Assembly (NCBI GenBank): GCA_010015805.1
Contig: ML978131.1
Location: 620,001-684,000, forward strand
Length of the DNA stretch: 64,000 nt
Direction of reading: 5' to 3'
Origin: Rhizodiscina lignyota
Lineage: Eukaryota
Numbering within the stretch: position 1 is the stretch's first letter; every line of letters starts with the position of its first letter. Below are positions 46,965-61,377 of this stretch, piece after piece. The notes under the pieces were generated by a model. The model worked only from the letters and a program-made list of their open reading frames with translations, was not told the origin of the DNA and made no database searches. The position numbers and the translations under genes were made by a program.

Positions 46965-48917
46965 TTAACGCTTCGCGGCTACACTGCAAGATAGTCAGTG
47001 ACAGCTCGTTAATACCGTCGAGGCAGGACTTACACTTTCATATTGAGACTCGGCTTCTGCCAAGTATTAAACGCCACCATGTTCTTCATGTCGCCATCCG
47101 GATCCCACTCCCAAGCGCCATCAGTGCTCACGAGATCGTAATTCCACAATAGTCGGGCCAAGATAATACGCATTTCCATGTAGCTCAGGTGCTTTCCGAT
47201 GCATCCCCGCGGACCAAGTGAGAATGGTTGCATGCCTTTCTTGTTATCGCCGGTCCACTCTTTGTCGATCCATCGCTCTGGAATGAATGCATCAGGCTGA
47301 CTGAAGTTGTTCGGATTGTGGCTGGCGGCCCAGCTGGAGACTGCGACAGAGGTGCCTTCAGGAACCCAGTTGCCATCGATGTAATCGCCGCCTTTAGGCA
47401 CTGTACGAAGCAAACCAGCAGGGACCTGGGTTACGCGGAACAAATTAGCAATCTCTCAATTAGCTTGTAAGCGTGTCAGCGAGGTTGTTGCCGTATCTCC
47501 TGATCTTCCCAAACGCGCTGATTGGAGGCAGTTCAGGCAGACTCAGTTGCTAGACGGACTTGGCGATATTGAAATGTACAGTAAAACTTGACTCACCGGT
47601 GGGTGTACACGCAGGCCTTCCTCGATGCAAGCGTTCATATAGATGAGGTCTTTGCAGCGCTCGTTCGTAATATCGGACTCCTTCTCGAAAGCCGAACGAA
47701 TTTCGTTCACCAACTTTTCGTACTTGTCAGGATTGCGGAGAAGGCGAGCAGTAAGACCGGAGAGAGCATTCGCCGTCGTTTCGCTTCCAGCAACAATGAA
47801 CAGTGCTCCGTTGACAATTACTTCGTCTTGCTTGAGATCATGTCGTTCCTTCTGCTTCAGGATATACCAGATAAAGTCTCTGTGGTCACTGTCTGGCCGG
47901 GAAAGTCTTCGAAGTACCTTCTCCTTGCTCTGTATGAGATGTTGTCGTCTACGGCGACGGAACTCCGCTGGGATCGTGTGCTCCACGAGCCAGGTCTGCA
48001 TCGCACCTCCGGCCTCAGCGAAGCGGCGCGTCCCTTGCTCCATGGCACCAGCCTTGACCGTCTCGAAGATCAGAGAGACCCACTCAATAAATTTGCCCGC
48101 ATCTAAGCAGCCAAATGGCTCACCGAATGCCAAGTCACCGATAATGTCGAAAGTGGTGAAATTCAGCCAATTGACGAGATTGAACTCTTCGCTTCTCTTC
48201 CCCATCTCGCCAAGCTTCTGAATGAGTACGTTTACATAGCCTTGAACAATGTGCTCTTGGTCTTCAAGTGCCTTTTGAGAGAATGAATATGCCATAGCTC
48301 GACGTTGACGGGCGTGGTTTGCGTCATCCGCCATAGTCAGAGTAGTAACTCCCGGGATGGGGTCTGGGAACATTAGTCAAATCTCCAATACCACCTGGGA
48401 ATCCAACTTACCAACAGAACCGACATGGATTGGGTCCTTATGCATATTCAGATGACCCTGGCGATGGCCATAAATATCCTCCCAGGCCTGTGCACTATCG
48501 AAAGAAAGTTCGTTGGGCATCACGCGGACAACAGAGCCTAAGGGGAAGTTAGAGAAATTTTCCCAAAAGGCAAACTTGTCGCTACATTGCTGGACATACC
48601 ATATTTCCTATGCATCGCAATCGTCGCCATGGGCAAACGCCCTCGAAGAAGATAGTAAATTGCGGGGACCTTCGAATCATCGTCAGTATAAATGCTGTAG
48701 AACGTGTCCTCGGACATACTGGACTAATTTTATTCAGGAACGGGCCTGGGTATTTAGCAAGGCGGTGGAAATAGAGGCGATAGACCACTATGGAGAGCGC
48801 ATAGAGGACTCCCTGTATAGTATGTCAGCATTGCTCTTCTTGGACATGACATCTGAACCATACAGCACCGACGGCCGCTAACGCAGCTGGAATAATAAGA
48901 TCGCTAAGATTCCCCAT
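46965..48917 (-). CDS. Cytochrome P450 monooxygenase (multi-exon)
   Basis: N-terminal TM anchor then AKYPGP; I-helix AGSETT; EEGLR; PERW; heme motif FSLGPRGCIG. Confidence 0.93.
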
Positions 48918-49530
48918 GGTGAAGAATGTTTCCCCAAGTCAATTCGTTCAAATGAAAGACAACGAAGATGAAAGAGAACAGTTAACAACACTCAGAACCA
49001 AATTCGACCAAAACTTATATCCACCACGAAATGAAGCCAAAATGTCCCTGAGACCACTTGCATATTGTTTGAATTAGTGTCCCTGTGATATGCCGTCCTC
49101 CGTCTGTGGCTCTACATATTCGTCCGCCTTCTTCCCCACCTGCAGTCGAGACCGTTGTAGTGACTATTTTGCATGACGGCGCAGAAGCATGCCCCGCAGA
49201 ATACATTACTCGCTCAATTCTGCATTGTTTAGAAAGAGCGCCTGCAGCTGGAACCATGCAACAAGACTCCAGGGGTACGGGCAAAGTGTGAAGTGGGATT
49301 GAGGAAATCATTCTCCGGATGGCAGGGTTTGGCACTAGTGAATGTAATACGCCGAGTCGGCGCCCGCTATCCCTATGTATCGCAATTCCACGGTAATTCA
49401 GGGGTAGCTGGTTCTCGTTCAATCGAGCAACTCGAAATTTATGATACTATCTACAAAAGTTCGCTTTCATTGCAAATCCTGCGCCGAACGACCGTACCAT
49501 GCTTGCAAAGCCCACAAATAGCATAACCAG

Positions 49531-50542
49531 CTACAACTTCGTTAATCGTCCAGAAGATAATCGCTGACCACCGTCCACCGCGATGACCACACCATTACTG
49601 CAGTCCATGGTTAGCTTCGAACCCAACTGAAAGGGATTGGAGACAAACATATAAGAGGCAGCCGGAGAACATAACCACAGCATGGTGCCTGAGATGTCCC
49701 TTGGCTCGCCCAATCGTCCTCGAGGGTTATTCTTTTTCAACTCCGCATCTCCACCCAGAATGTCGATCAGGCCGTTCGCAAGCTTAGAAGGGAAGAACCC
49801 AGGGGCGACAACATTAGTGGTGATGTTGCGAGGGCCAAGCTCAACTGCCAATTGGCGGCCAAGATGGTCAGCAGCGGCTTTCGAGACGGCATACATGATA
49901 GTGCCATGCTCGCCAACGTGAGGCACATTTGTGCCTGCTGTAGAGCTTGTGATGATGACCCTCGATGGATCCTCAGGAGTTCCTGCTGCGGCGAGCATGG
50001 GAACCAGCCTGTGAAGGTCGTAAGCGTTTGTTCTGTGTAAATTGAATGACACTTACAATCTGACGAGATTGAATACGCCTCTAACATTGAGATCGAGCAC
50101 CTTCTGAGAAGACGAGTCTGGCGTTGGCTCGAAAGGACCTCCCCACGTTGCGCCAGCATTTGCGACAACTATGTCAATCTTGCTCTCGGTCTCTTTAATT
50201 TTGTTGACCAGTCGCTCGATTTCTTCTATCTGTGAGACATTTGCAGGAATGCCTACAGCCTTTCCTTTAATGCCAGGAAGTCTGTTCAACTTGTCGACTG
50301 CTTGGTCAATGCCCTGCTCGCCACCGGCTTTACGAGCAGTGATTATGACCTTTTTGGCTCCAGCTAGAAGGAAGCCAGTAGCTGCATAAAGACCGATGCC
50401 ACGCGATCCTGTGATATGAATCTGTTAGCTGTTGCTCGAAACGGCGCATGCATCTTTGAAAGTGGATCGGCAAACCTCCAGTAACCAGCGCGACTTTGCC
50501 ATCGAGGCGAAAGTATCGGTCGAATTGCCCAATGTCCGACAT
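49531..50542 (-). CDS. Short-chain dehydrogenase/reductase (RhlG-like)
   Basis: VTG|GSRGIG across an intron, VANAG, YAVSK catalytic motif, VAPGFFPS, VDGG. Confidence 0.9.
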
Positions 50543-50905
50543 TGTTTTGTGCAGAACTAGCGAGTAAACTCAGCAAAGGGGAACAAAGATAAAGAATCAA
50601 TTGAGGATTCGCTAGGCGCGAAATTTCAACTCGGCAACTCTGTGTGCTGTTTAGCGTAGTGGTGTGAAGCTCTGGAGCTGCTTTTCCCCCCGCTTCCTCG
50701 GCCACCGAGATTCACCAGTCGGCACCGCGGGTTCGACGGCGGTTGGCGGCAAGACGCGTCGAACCTCGCAGGAAGATGCTTAAACGGTCCCGTCTTTGTC
50801 AGGATATCGTGAACAAAATGCAAAATATCCCCGTGGGGTTGGACTCCATGCACTTTTTCTCATTTCAATGGTGTTCGGCGCGTCTCCTTCATATTGAGAG
50901 TAGCA

Positions 50906-52841
50906 ATGGTTTACAAGTCGCCATTCCCGGATCTAGATATCCCAAAGACAGATGTTCTGTCCTATCTCTTTCCAGAAGGACAGCCAGTGTCTGATGAACC
51001 GATATGGTTCAATTCAAACGACACGAGAGAGAACCTTTCGCCGAAGCAATTGCTCCAATGGGTGAAAAGACTCTGCGTAAGGAAGCTCCATGACATGCGC
51101 GTATCAGTTTGCTAAATAATACCCACAGCTCGGCCTAGACAGATTAGGCGTCAAGACAGGAGAGGTTGCGATGATCTTCACGCCAAACCAGATCTTTGTT
51201 CCCGTCACATACCTAGGCATAGTCGGCTCAAGACGAGTATTCAGTGGCTCGAATCCGGCATATACAGTTCAGGGTAAGGTGTATTTGTTGTTTTTCAATT
51301 GACAAGGCACTGACGACCGTCGCGTAGAAATGATATATCAGATACAGAATACGGAATGCAAAGTAATATTAGCGCATCCGAGCTTGACCAAGCACGCTCT
51401 CGATGCCGCTGAGGGTGCTGGCTTTCCCAAGGAGAGAATATTCCAACTCTCGGAGCACCCGACAAGACCGCTGCACGGTGTCAAGGACTGGAGGGAGATG
51501 ATTGGAACTCCACAAGAGGCAGACGCGTATCAGTGGAAGCCCATGACGCCCGAGGAATCGGTCAGCACCGTAGCCACAGTCAATTACTCGTCAGGGACAA
51601 CTGGCCTCCCCAAGGGTGTGTGTGTAAGCCACGCAAATCTCATCGCAAATGCGGAACAGCACATCTTCATGAAATATGAAGGCAAGCCTTTCGGCCGAGA
51701 CAATCATCCTCCTGAACGGTGGATTGGTTTCTTGCCCTTGTATCACGCATACGGTCAGCTTTGGTGCTGTCTGATGTGCATAAAACTTCAAGTGCCGATC
51801 TATGTCATGAAAAAGTTTGGATATGAAGGCTTCCTTCGCGTCATTCAGGACCGAAAGATTACCCATCTTCAAGTGGCACCTCCAATCCTCGTTATGCTGG
51901 CAAAGCGTCCTGAAACCGCCAAATATGACCTGAGCAGCATCACCGATGTGCTTTGCGGAGCAGCACCACTCTCAAGAGAATTACAGAATGAGATAATGCG
52001 ACGGTTTGGCTGCCAAGTCAATCAGGGCTGGGGAATGACGGAGGTTACATGTGGAGCACTGATGGTTCCTTTTGGAATCAAGGATGAGTAAGTCGAAACT
52101 ATGTCTGATTCTCACCTGATATAAAATGACTGACTTTGCGCAATAGCAACGGAAGCGTTGGCATGTTGATGCCGAACGTGGAACTTCTGCTCCTTGACGA
52201 CGACGGAAAAGAGGTTCCTGAAGGCCAACCGGGCGAGATCTTCGTGCGTGGACCCAATATTTGTCTTGGATATTGGAAAAATGAGAGAGCTACAACGGAA
52301 TCATTGAGCCCTGATGGATGGTTGAAGACTGGCGATGTTGCAGTAATGAAAAGGGATTGGTTTTGGATTGTCGACCGGAAGAAGGTAAGCTGATTCTCTC
52401 CCATCGTTTACTCTATCCGCTAACGCCGTCGTCACAGGAATTGATCAAAGTCAATGCTTTGCAAGTTGCCCCTGCGGAGCTCGAGGCAGTTCTGCTGGAG
52501 CATGATGACATTGCAGATGCTGGTTGCGTAGGAATCACACTGTAAGTTTGCCCAATTCCTGATGTAACCGCAGTTGCTGACACTTCTTTTCTAGGCACAG
52601 TGAGGAGTGGCCAAGAGCGTACGTTGCCTTGAAGGATCATGCTAAAGGCAAGATCAGCGAAAAGGACATCCAAGGATGGATGAAGGGCAAGGTGGCTAAG
52701 CATAAGCAGTTGGTTGGAGGGGTTGTTTTCATTGATGAAGTTCCCAAGCTCGCCAGTGGAAAGATCATACGGAAATTGCTTAAGGAATGGTCGAAGAGGG
52801 ACGCGCCTATACTCGAGGGAAAGGTCAAGGCAAGGTTATGA
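50906..52841 (+). CDS. 4-coumarate-CoA-ligase-like acyl-CoA synthetase, peroxisomal (PTS1 -ARL)
   Basis: YSSGTTGLPKG, LPLYHAYG, QGWGMTE, GWLKTGD, DRKK|ELIK, PKLASGKI; ends KARL*. Confidence 0.93.
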
Positions 52842-53632
52842 GCAATTGTCCTCTTTGCTTTGCATGGCGTTCAGCAAAAGACTGGGTCAATTAATGTGAA
52901 GGCCAAAGGACGTCTCCGCGCGATAATTGTACTTTGCTTCATCTTCCATCAGAAGCTGATTCTGAATTGGATCAAAAGACATCCAGATCTTCATGTGATA
53001 ATTCCCCTCTCTGTGGAATGACATTAGATCCGGCGGAATCTGATTCAGCGCCCGCGATTCTGCGACTCATGGATGAGGCTCTGGAGCTGCAAGTAGCTGT
53101 ATATGACTCGAGCATCACCTTATCTTGCCGAGGCTAACGATAAAAAGGCTTAGAACCCCCGGTCGCCGCATATCTCGCAGCTTTTTCGTTACAAGTCCTT
53201 ACCGTGACACCCGTGATTGCCCCTCGCAAATGTATATCCGCTCTCTCACGAAGTACCTGAGCATCCCGCGACTCCGCGACGCTTAGATGACCATGCAGAA
53301 GAGACGGCTCTGCGGATATGCTTGCGCGACCATGTCGCCTGATCTGGGCCCTGCACAATGCAAGTGGAATTGGGGACGTGATGACCGAGGGCGGCTAACT
53401 ATAGACGCGTCTTCTTCATAGCTTTGGATCAAGGCGTCCTGCTTTGAGGCTCATACCACACCAGCGTGACGGTGCGATTGCCGCTTTGGACCGCGTGGTG
53501 GGTCTGGAATTTTTGTTTAAGAGACTGGTCTTTGCTACGACTTCTCTGACAATCTTCTTTTTTACTACCTGTCAGCGTCAGGAGCAGTTGGACAGCTTCG
53601 TTCGATACGCCTTTTGCGATTCAAAGGTAGAG

Positions 53633-55671
53633 ATGGCACCTTCAGCGATGCCGAGCGAGATGAACGGGGTCAATGGCATCTCAGCCGATATCCCTTACCC
53701 TGAGGAGCACACGCCTGAAGGCCCATACAAAGTGCTCATGGACCAGTATCATTCAAAGGTGCGAAAGCTCCGCGTTGCCTGCGTTGGGGCCGGTGCTTCT
53801 GGTTTGTGCTGCGCGTACAAGATGGAGAGGATGCTTCAACCAGGTTCATGGGAATTAACGCTCTTTGAGAAGAACCCTCAATTTGGCGGCACTTGGTAGT
53901 ACCATCCTAAGCGCAGGTTTCAGTCAATACTCATTTGCATCTAGGTACGAGAATACATATCCTGGTGTGGCCTGCGATATTCCGTCCCACGATTACAATT
54001 TCTCGTGGGACCCAAAACCGGACTGGACACAATTCTTCGCATCTGGCGGTGAAATCCAGAAATACTTTGAGGGTTTCGCAGATCGCCACGGCAGCCATAA
54101 ATATATGAAGCTCAATACGAAAGTAATTGAGGGCAAATGGGACGAGGACTCCGGCAAGTGGCTGCTGTAAGTCTACGTTTTACACTCACAACTGCACTTC
54201 TCACGTGGATGGGGACTGACTCGTAATCAGAACTCTCGAAAATCAAGAGGATAAGAGCACTTGGCACGACTGGGCACACGTCTTCATCAATGGAACTGGC
54301 ATCTTGAATACGTGGAAGTGGCCCGAAATCGAAGGCTTGCATGACTTCAAAGGTCCATTGATGCACTCCGCTAAATGGGATCACTCCGTCGATTTCACGG
54401 GCAAGGTAGCTGGCGTGATCGGAACTGGTTCAACAAGTGTGCAGATTGTCCCGCAACTTCAGAAGATATGCAAAGAGGTCAAGGTCTTTATGAGGAGTCC
54501 TACTTGGATTAGCCCGCCATTCGGCGCAGGAGCACTCATAAATGACCTCCAGAAAGGCCAAGACGTTTATCCTGGACAGCGTCAATACGACTTCACCGAG
54601 GCGGATATGCAGAAGTTTAAGGACGATCCCGCATACCACCTTGATTTCAGGAAGCGCATCGAGGCTGAAATTAATGGTCTCTTTGGCATGTATCAGCAAA
54701 ATTCAGATCTTTCTCATCTTTTCCGCAAAGTTATCACGGAAGAGATGAATAGACGCATGGGCCCAGGCCACGAAGAGCTCAAGAAATTCATCATTCCGAA
54801 ATGGTCACCCGGTTGTCGAAGAATTTCCCCTGGCGACGGCTACCTTGAGGCTTTGGTAAAAGAGAATGTGACACCGGTGATGAAAGACATTAAAAAGATT
54901 ACACCAGACGGCATCGTCACTGAGGATGGTGTCGAGGAGAAGATGGACATATTGGTCTGCGCAACAGGATTCCAAGTAGCGTTCAGGCCTCAATTCAGAG
55001 TAATCAACGGCGAAGGCAAGACGATTCAGGAGGACTGGGTCAACGGCCCCAATCTCTACATGGGCGTCTCCGCACCCCGCTTCCCCAACTACTACACCAT
55101 CGTCGGACCAGGCGCTACATGGAGCAATGGCACGCTGATCCCATCGATCGAAACTACCATCGAGTACGCCGTCAAGATGATGAAGAAGATGCAATCGGAG
55201 CACATTAAAGCGATCGAAGTGAAGCAGGAGGCTCTCGATGATCTCTATGCTCACTTTGACGAGTTCCATAAGAGTACTGTTTGGCAAGAGGAGTGTGAGT
55301 AGCCCAACAAAAGCACGGGGGACTCTTACTGACACCATCATAGGTCGATCATGGTTCAAGGACGGTAAGATCAAGAACAGAATATACCTATGGCCAGGCG
55401 CGGTAAGTCCTTGCTTCTAGCTTCCTTCTCGCTGATCCTCAATCCTCCTGCCTTCCCTGAACATGTCGCTAATGAGGCCGGGCCGCTCTAGACGATCCAT
55501 TTCCTCAAATCGATCAAACACATTCGCTTCGAAGATTACAATATCCGATATCGATACAAGAACAGATTTGCATACCTGGGGTGTGGAGATGTTAAAGCAA
55601 CGGCGTCGCGCGATGTCTTGGGGCTCAGCACCTACATCAGAAATTCGGACCACGACTGGGATGTCGATTAA
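53633..55671 (+). CDS. Baeyer-Villiger-type flavin monooxygenase
   Basis: GAGASG, GGTW|YENTYPGVACD, BVMO fingerprint FKGPLMHSAKWD, IGTGST, CATGF. Confidence 0.92.
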
Positions 55672-57363
55672 ATGAGGCTTGAGCGCAGATCGCATTTCGA
55701 CAGCGTTGTCCCACGGGCCACGTCCTCTCTGCGTCATGTGGCTGTGACTATTTCCTTTTCAGATAATGCATGTCGTTATATACTCCCAGAGATTTATGAT
55801 TGGATATATTACCACCACTACGTTATACAACTTTCTTTCAGTTTCAAGGAATGTCACGCTAGCTGAGCAAATGTCATGTACCCCAGATTCATTCGGTCCA
55901 ATGGGACTTCCTCATCCAGCATCATTCGAGTCATATTTCGATCCCCGGTGTTGTCCGTTGATCCAGCTACAGCAGCAGCTAGAGAAGGTGGGCAGCATTT
56001 CAAGCCGTTGGGCAACACGCCATAATTGCCTCGCACCCCGGAATGTCGGGTTCTCAAGCATCCTTTCGATCGTAACCCGCAAATTTGCAGACCTAGCCTT
56101 CGCCTACGGTACCCCCGCTTGCTACTACAGGGACAGAACTGCTGCCATCAAGGCGTTCAGCGGGCGAGACCCACATCGGTACACAGCTGTGAGCCCGGAC
56201 TCGCTAGTCATGCTTCGTTCCTGTGACAGTTACGAATGTCTCCGAAAGATCTTGCTTAGATCTGATATTCCATTTGCACCCAAAGTCGTTCGGAATTCCC
56301 AAATCTCTGAGTTTTTAACGCTCGGACGACCGGCGGAAAATGGCCTGCTCGCATTATTCGGTGGACAACAGATGCCGGAAGTGTGTGTTGGAGTGCGGGG
56401 GAAGTCGAAAGGAAAATGGGGAGTAGCACCGACGTTCCCCGAACTGAATCATTAGAATCACCGGATCCCATTTCTGCCGGCTCCGATTGGCCAGACGTGG
56501 CGTTCGCGTTCTTTACATGACTCGCCACGACACCTCCTCCATTCCCCAACCGCTTCTCGCCTGCCATCGTCGCGAGGCCTCAAATTTATCGCCGCGAGAC
56601 CCGCTATGCATGTTAATCGAGGGATTCCACCCTCGCACCTGGTTGCCGGACCAGCCGGGCAGCGCTTTGAGGGGGCTCAACAGCACCTGGCCGTCTGGGA
56701 CCGTTAACGGCGTGGTTTGAAATAGCAGGGCGGTGATAGAACTCAGACGCCACGTGCGCTAGTTAGGTGATTGGGTCCAACCGCGCCGAGCTTGCGTGAG
56801 TCCCTGTGACACTCAATCGAACCGTCTAGGGCTCTCCAGAGCCTGATCATCTGCTCTGGGGCCTCCCATGATGCACATCTTGCCGTTTACCGAATCCGAG
56901 AACGAATGGCAGAGCTGCGCTACTCTGGATGGATTCTTTAACAGGCCATTCGCCACGAAGATGCCGTACAGGCGGGCAATCGAGCCAAGGGATTCGCTGC
57001 TACCCAGAAGGGAGGTTGCCGACGCCGCGTGTGAGGTTAATTTATCGATTGACTCTGGCGCAAGGCCGTCGTAGCGAAGCCTTGTGGGGACCCCGCATGG
57101 GCCCTGAAAAGTAACGTAGGTACTCCAGCTGCTGAGCTGCATGGACAGATGCGGCACCCCTCTCCTGGTGCCAGTCCCTTTTTTTCGTCCGGAGATCCAC
57201 ATTTATAGTTTGGCATCTGCGGAAGTTCTGATTTCCTGATCTTTTTCGGTGCCTCGTTGCTCACATCTTCATCGTTCACTCAACATTCACCTTTTCAGAC
57301 GAATTGACCAAGCTACCTCCTCAATCATTCACCGGCTGCTAGAGCACAGGAGTAGGGAGCATC

Positions 57364-60296
57364 ATGGCAAAGCAAGCCACCAACGACAGCTCCGCAGACT
57401 CTCCAGAGAAGCACGACGCGAAAGGTGATACAGAAGATTCAAAGGATCAGAAGAGACAAAAATCAAGACACAGAGCATCCGTCGCGTGCGCTTCGTGTCG
57501 CGATCGACGTATTAGGGTACGCTCGTCTTTCAAGCCTTGCTAGTTATCCGCGACTGACCCCGCTCAAGTGCGTTGTTCCTTCGGGAGAGACGGAATGTAC
57601 ACAGTGCAAGCGATCTGGCATTGAGTGTGTTATCAAAAACGACGACGAGAGGCGACGGTAAGTTTCGGTGCTTTTGCTGGGCGACCTGTACAGGGGCTGA
57701 TTCTGCAGACCAATTTCACGAGCATACATGTGTTCGCTCACAGACAGAGTCGCGCTGCTGGAGAGCATGCTGAAGGAGAAAGGTGAAGATCCACCACCAG
57801 CAAATTATCCTCCCAAAACAAGGCACGGAAATCCCGCAGATGGTGAATTACAGCCCAAGCCACAAAATACCTCAAAACCTCCTCCAAGCATTGCCGATCA
57901 TTCCAGCCCCGGGAGCCACCAAGAAGATTTCTTTGACATCGACCATGTCGATCAGGACAGCGCTAGCCACAAAGCTGAAGATGCTGAGTCTGCACCCTCG
58001 CCTCCAGTGATCACAACTCAAAAGAAAGAAGGCATGGTCAAGAGACTTCTATCAACACGTGGACATCTTAGCTTCGATGAGCTGAGTGGACGTCTTCGGT
58101 ATTTCGGCCCAACTACAAACTGCCATGTCCATTCGGGTCCTGGGTTGAATCCCGAAGCTAGTAGAGAGTCTCAAGAGCAAGCTCGACGAGCTGAGAAAAC
58201 GATCCGATTTCTCTCTATGGAGACACACGAGTACTTAATGGAGCTCTTCTGGGAGAAGTACAATTCCCCGCTCCACGTTATACACAAGGAAGCTTTCGAG
58301 GAAGATCGAGAGAATGGCAGACTACAGTTCTATTCCCCATTCCTACACATATGCGTGCTCGCTATGGGCTTCAGATTTGCAGACAGGAGTAGGCCAGACA
58401 TGCAACGAATCACCGTTGGCGAGAGGGAAAGCATGCTGCACCGGGAAGCGAAGTACATGCTCGACTACGACTTGGAACGTCCAGGTGGTATTCCATCGGT
58501 TGTTGCTCTGCTTTTGTTGGGAGATATGGAATGTGGCGTCGGGAGAGACAATCTAGGCTGGCTCTATGGTGGGATGGCCGTCAGGTACGTACCTTTTCCC
58601 GGTTTCCCGATATTCCGGAGATCCTAGTCCAGGAGTCGGCGACGCCGTATGTTGTGTAACTCAACACTGATGAGCTGCAGAATCGCATTCGATATCGGTC
58701 TCCACCTGGATACGAGTTCGTCCGGCCTTCCGCAGCGAGAAGTCGAGATTCGCCACATGACCCTGTGGGCATGCGTGATCTACGACAAGTATTGGGCGCT
58801 GTTCTTGGGACGACCCACCAGTATGAAGAGCTCGGACCTCGAAATATACACACTCGCGAAGCAATTCGAACGTCTCGGAACATGCCGGCCAGCAGGGCCT
58901 GAAAAGGCTCTTGAAACGCAGATTTACGAGGCTCTATTGGATCTCATGGAGCTCGCAGGCAAGATTGCCGATAACCTGGACCTGAGAGGGTCTGCCGATG
59001 TGAGCATTGATCGCAATGCATACTTGCGCATGGCTGCACTTGATCGTGAGTTCAGCAACTGGTACGCACGTCTGCCAGAACAACTCCGATGGACGCCTGC
59101 CAATATCGCAACTGCGCCTTTCTCATTCTTCTTGCTTCATCAGCAGTACCACTCTGCATTGATCCTCCTCCACCGCCCATTTGCGATGTATGAAGAGCCG
59201 AACGAGCCAGAATCGGAGGATTCTAGCGACAATCACTTCTCAGCTTTGTCTCGAACTGTATGTACCAAGCACGCAATAAGGGTTGCGAGGATCTTTTGGC
59301 AGCATCGTAAACGATTCGATACCCGGGAGATCTGTATTACGGGTCTACAACATGCGGTAAGTTGCACGATTGGTGAAATCAGAGGATCGTAGCTGACGAT
59401 TTACATAGGGTACGGCTGCAACAGCACTAGTTGCAGCACTAGCTTTCATTAAAGACTTCAACGACAGGACAAACAACATGCAGTATCTCGAATGCCTCTC
59501 AGCTGCCCTAAAGGATATGTCTTACACCTACCAACCCGCCGAGCGAATGTCAACAGTTCTTGACGCTGTCATGGCCGAGCTTCGCGGTGGTGCTGACCCT
59601 GGACCACACGGTTTTATCAAACCCAAGGGCCACATTGTACCCGCTCGACGAGGCAGTACCATGGGTGAGGAAGAAAATGCGCGCCCGAGCTTCAAACGCC
59701 GTCACACGGCCCGTCCGCACAGCCGCAGTATCTCTTCCCGTGAGCGACCAACCAATGGTATGGACCGCCGCCATAGCCAAGACGCAATGAGCATTGATCT
59801 GAGCATCGACCCCATGCTGGCCACGATGCATCATCACCGTAAGGAGAGTGATGCAAATGACAGCTTTGTCATGGTAACGCCGCGTACAGAATATTCAGTC
59901 TGGCCCAGCGCGCCGCTTAGTCACGTCACCACCAATGGGACAGACCGATCAGGCGAACTTCCAAGCCACTCGTCTACAATGGATCCGACTAATATGTCGC
60001 ACACGTCGGCGACATTGTCGAGTTCTGGCCCGAAGACGAACACCTGGATGGGCGCGGATTTGGAGATGGATCCGGACGGGATCACGAACCTGGCCTCTGT
60101 GCACTTCCCTGAGATGGCTGGATTCGGTGAAGGGGATATTGCGGGTCCTCCGTTGGACTTCATGACTCTCGGCGACACAGAGTGGAAAGATTGGCAACCA
60201 GAGCATACCGAGGAACTGAATGCCTTTGGACATGGCAGTTTTACGTCAGCAAGTGGATTTCCTGGAACGCCGGCGATACATTTGTTTAATGAGTGA
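57364..60296 (+). CDS. Zn(II)2Cys6 transcription factor with a fungal-specific TF domain
   Basis: ASVACASCRDRRIR|CVVPSGETECTQCKRSGIEC; GWLYGGMAVR|IAFDIGLHLD; WACVIYDKYWALFLGRP. Confidence 0.92.
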
Positions 60297-61377
60297 TACT
60301 TGATACCGCTGCTTTTGAGGTGCTTGGAGGTCATCTTGGCTACGTTACCCCTGGTTACGGGGTCTTGCATTAGCAGCGCATGCTAATGGCTCGCGTTACT
60401 ATGAATTATGGACCAGTTCATGTTCCGCACGTGCTTAACTACCGAAAACGAAAATAGGAAAACTGATTTCCTTTTTGGGGCACCTGGGAAGAGACAGATC
60501 GAACGGGTTTTAATATCCAACAACTTCTTCGTCCGGTTTCTTAAGGAAAAGACGACGACTGTCATCTTACTGAACTCAATTAAGTATCATCTAGGAGATA
60601 ATACAATAACAAGGAAGAAATTCCACAAGATTATCTAATAAATTTTAATGCACTGAAGTATCGCTCACAATCACCGATACTAGGTGCGGAGTTTGAATTT
60701 CCGCCACCTTAGTCGTAGGAGTATGTGGAGAAGCCTGTGCTTTGTTTAATAATCACAAATGTATCCGGAGTGACTCGCTTGCCTCGCCAAGCGTCAATTA
60801 ACAGTCATTTAGCTTGTAGTCGGCGACCTGCTTGCCAAATATCAAGAGATAGTCCTTCTAGTATCTCTCCGAAGAGCACGCAATCGACGCCCTACAACGG
60901 TAGCATACGAACATTTCTTGGCCAAGTGGCCAATAAGAACCGGATTTGCACGTGACCGGATTATTAAAGAGTCCTCACGCCACGGCCGAGTCTCGGCTCT
61001 AGCGGCTTTACCGAGTGCATCTCATCATCATCCCTCTCTCGTGATTGGCAATTGCGGAGAAACGTCTAGACAAGGGGACCCTTAGATGTATCGGGAATCG
61101 ACGTCAGGCTCTTGCAGCATGCAATTGTATTTCGAATCAGGCTTAGGTGCTTCGCTTTATATAAGAACCGCGGCTACGGCAAGTATATCAGCTCATTGTC
61201 CAATTCCATTCCCACCTTTCAACATTACAGCGAAGCCTCTATATCACCTCAATTGCAGCCAATTCTCCTGCCGCCTTCAATACGACGTCCTCAGTTAAGC
61301 TATTCAGCTCTCTCGCCAGATCACTGAGTTCAGCAACAACAACCCGCCGACTTCCGTCTCACATCCAGCACATCACA

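Noticed and set aside
55766..56455. 229-aa intergenic ORF between the BVMO and TF genes
   Set aside because: No recognisable motif, starts in the BVMO 3' UTR region and has no obvious codon bias; cannot be supported without expression data
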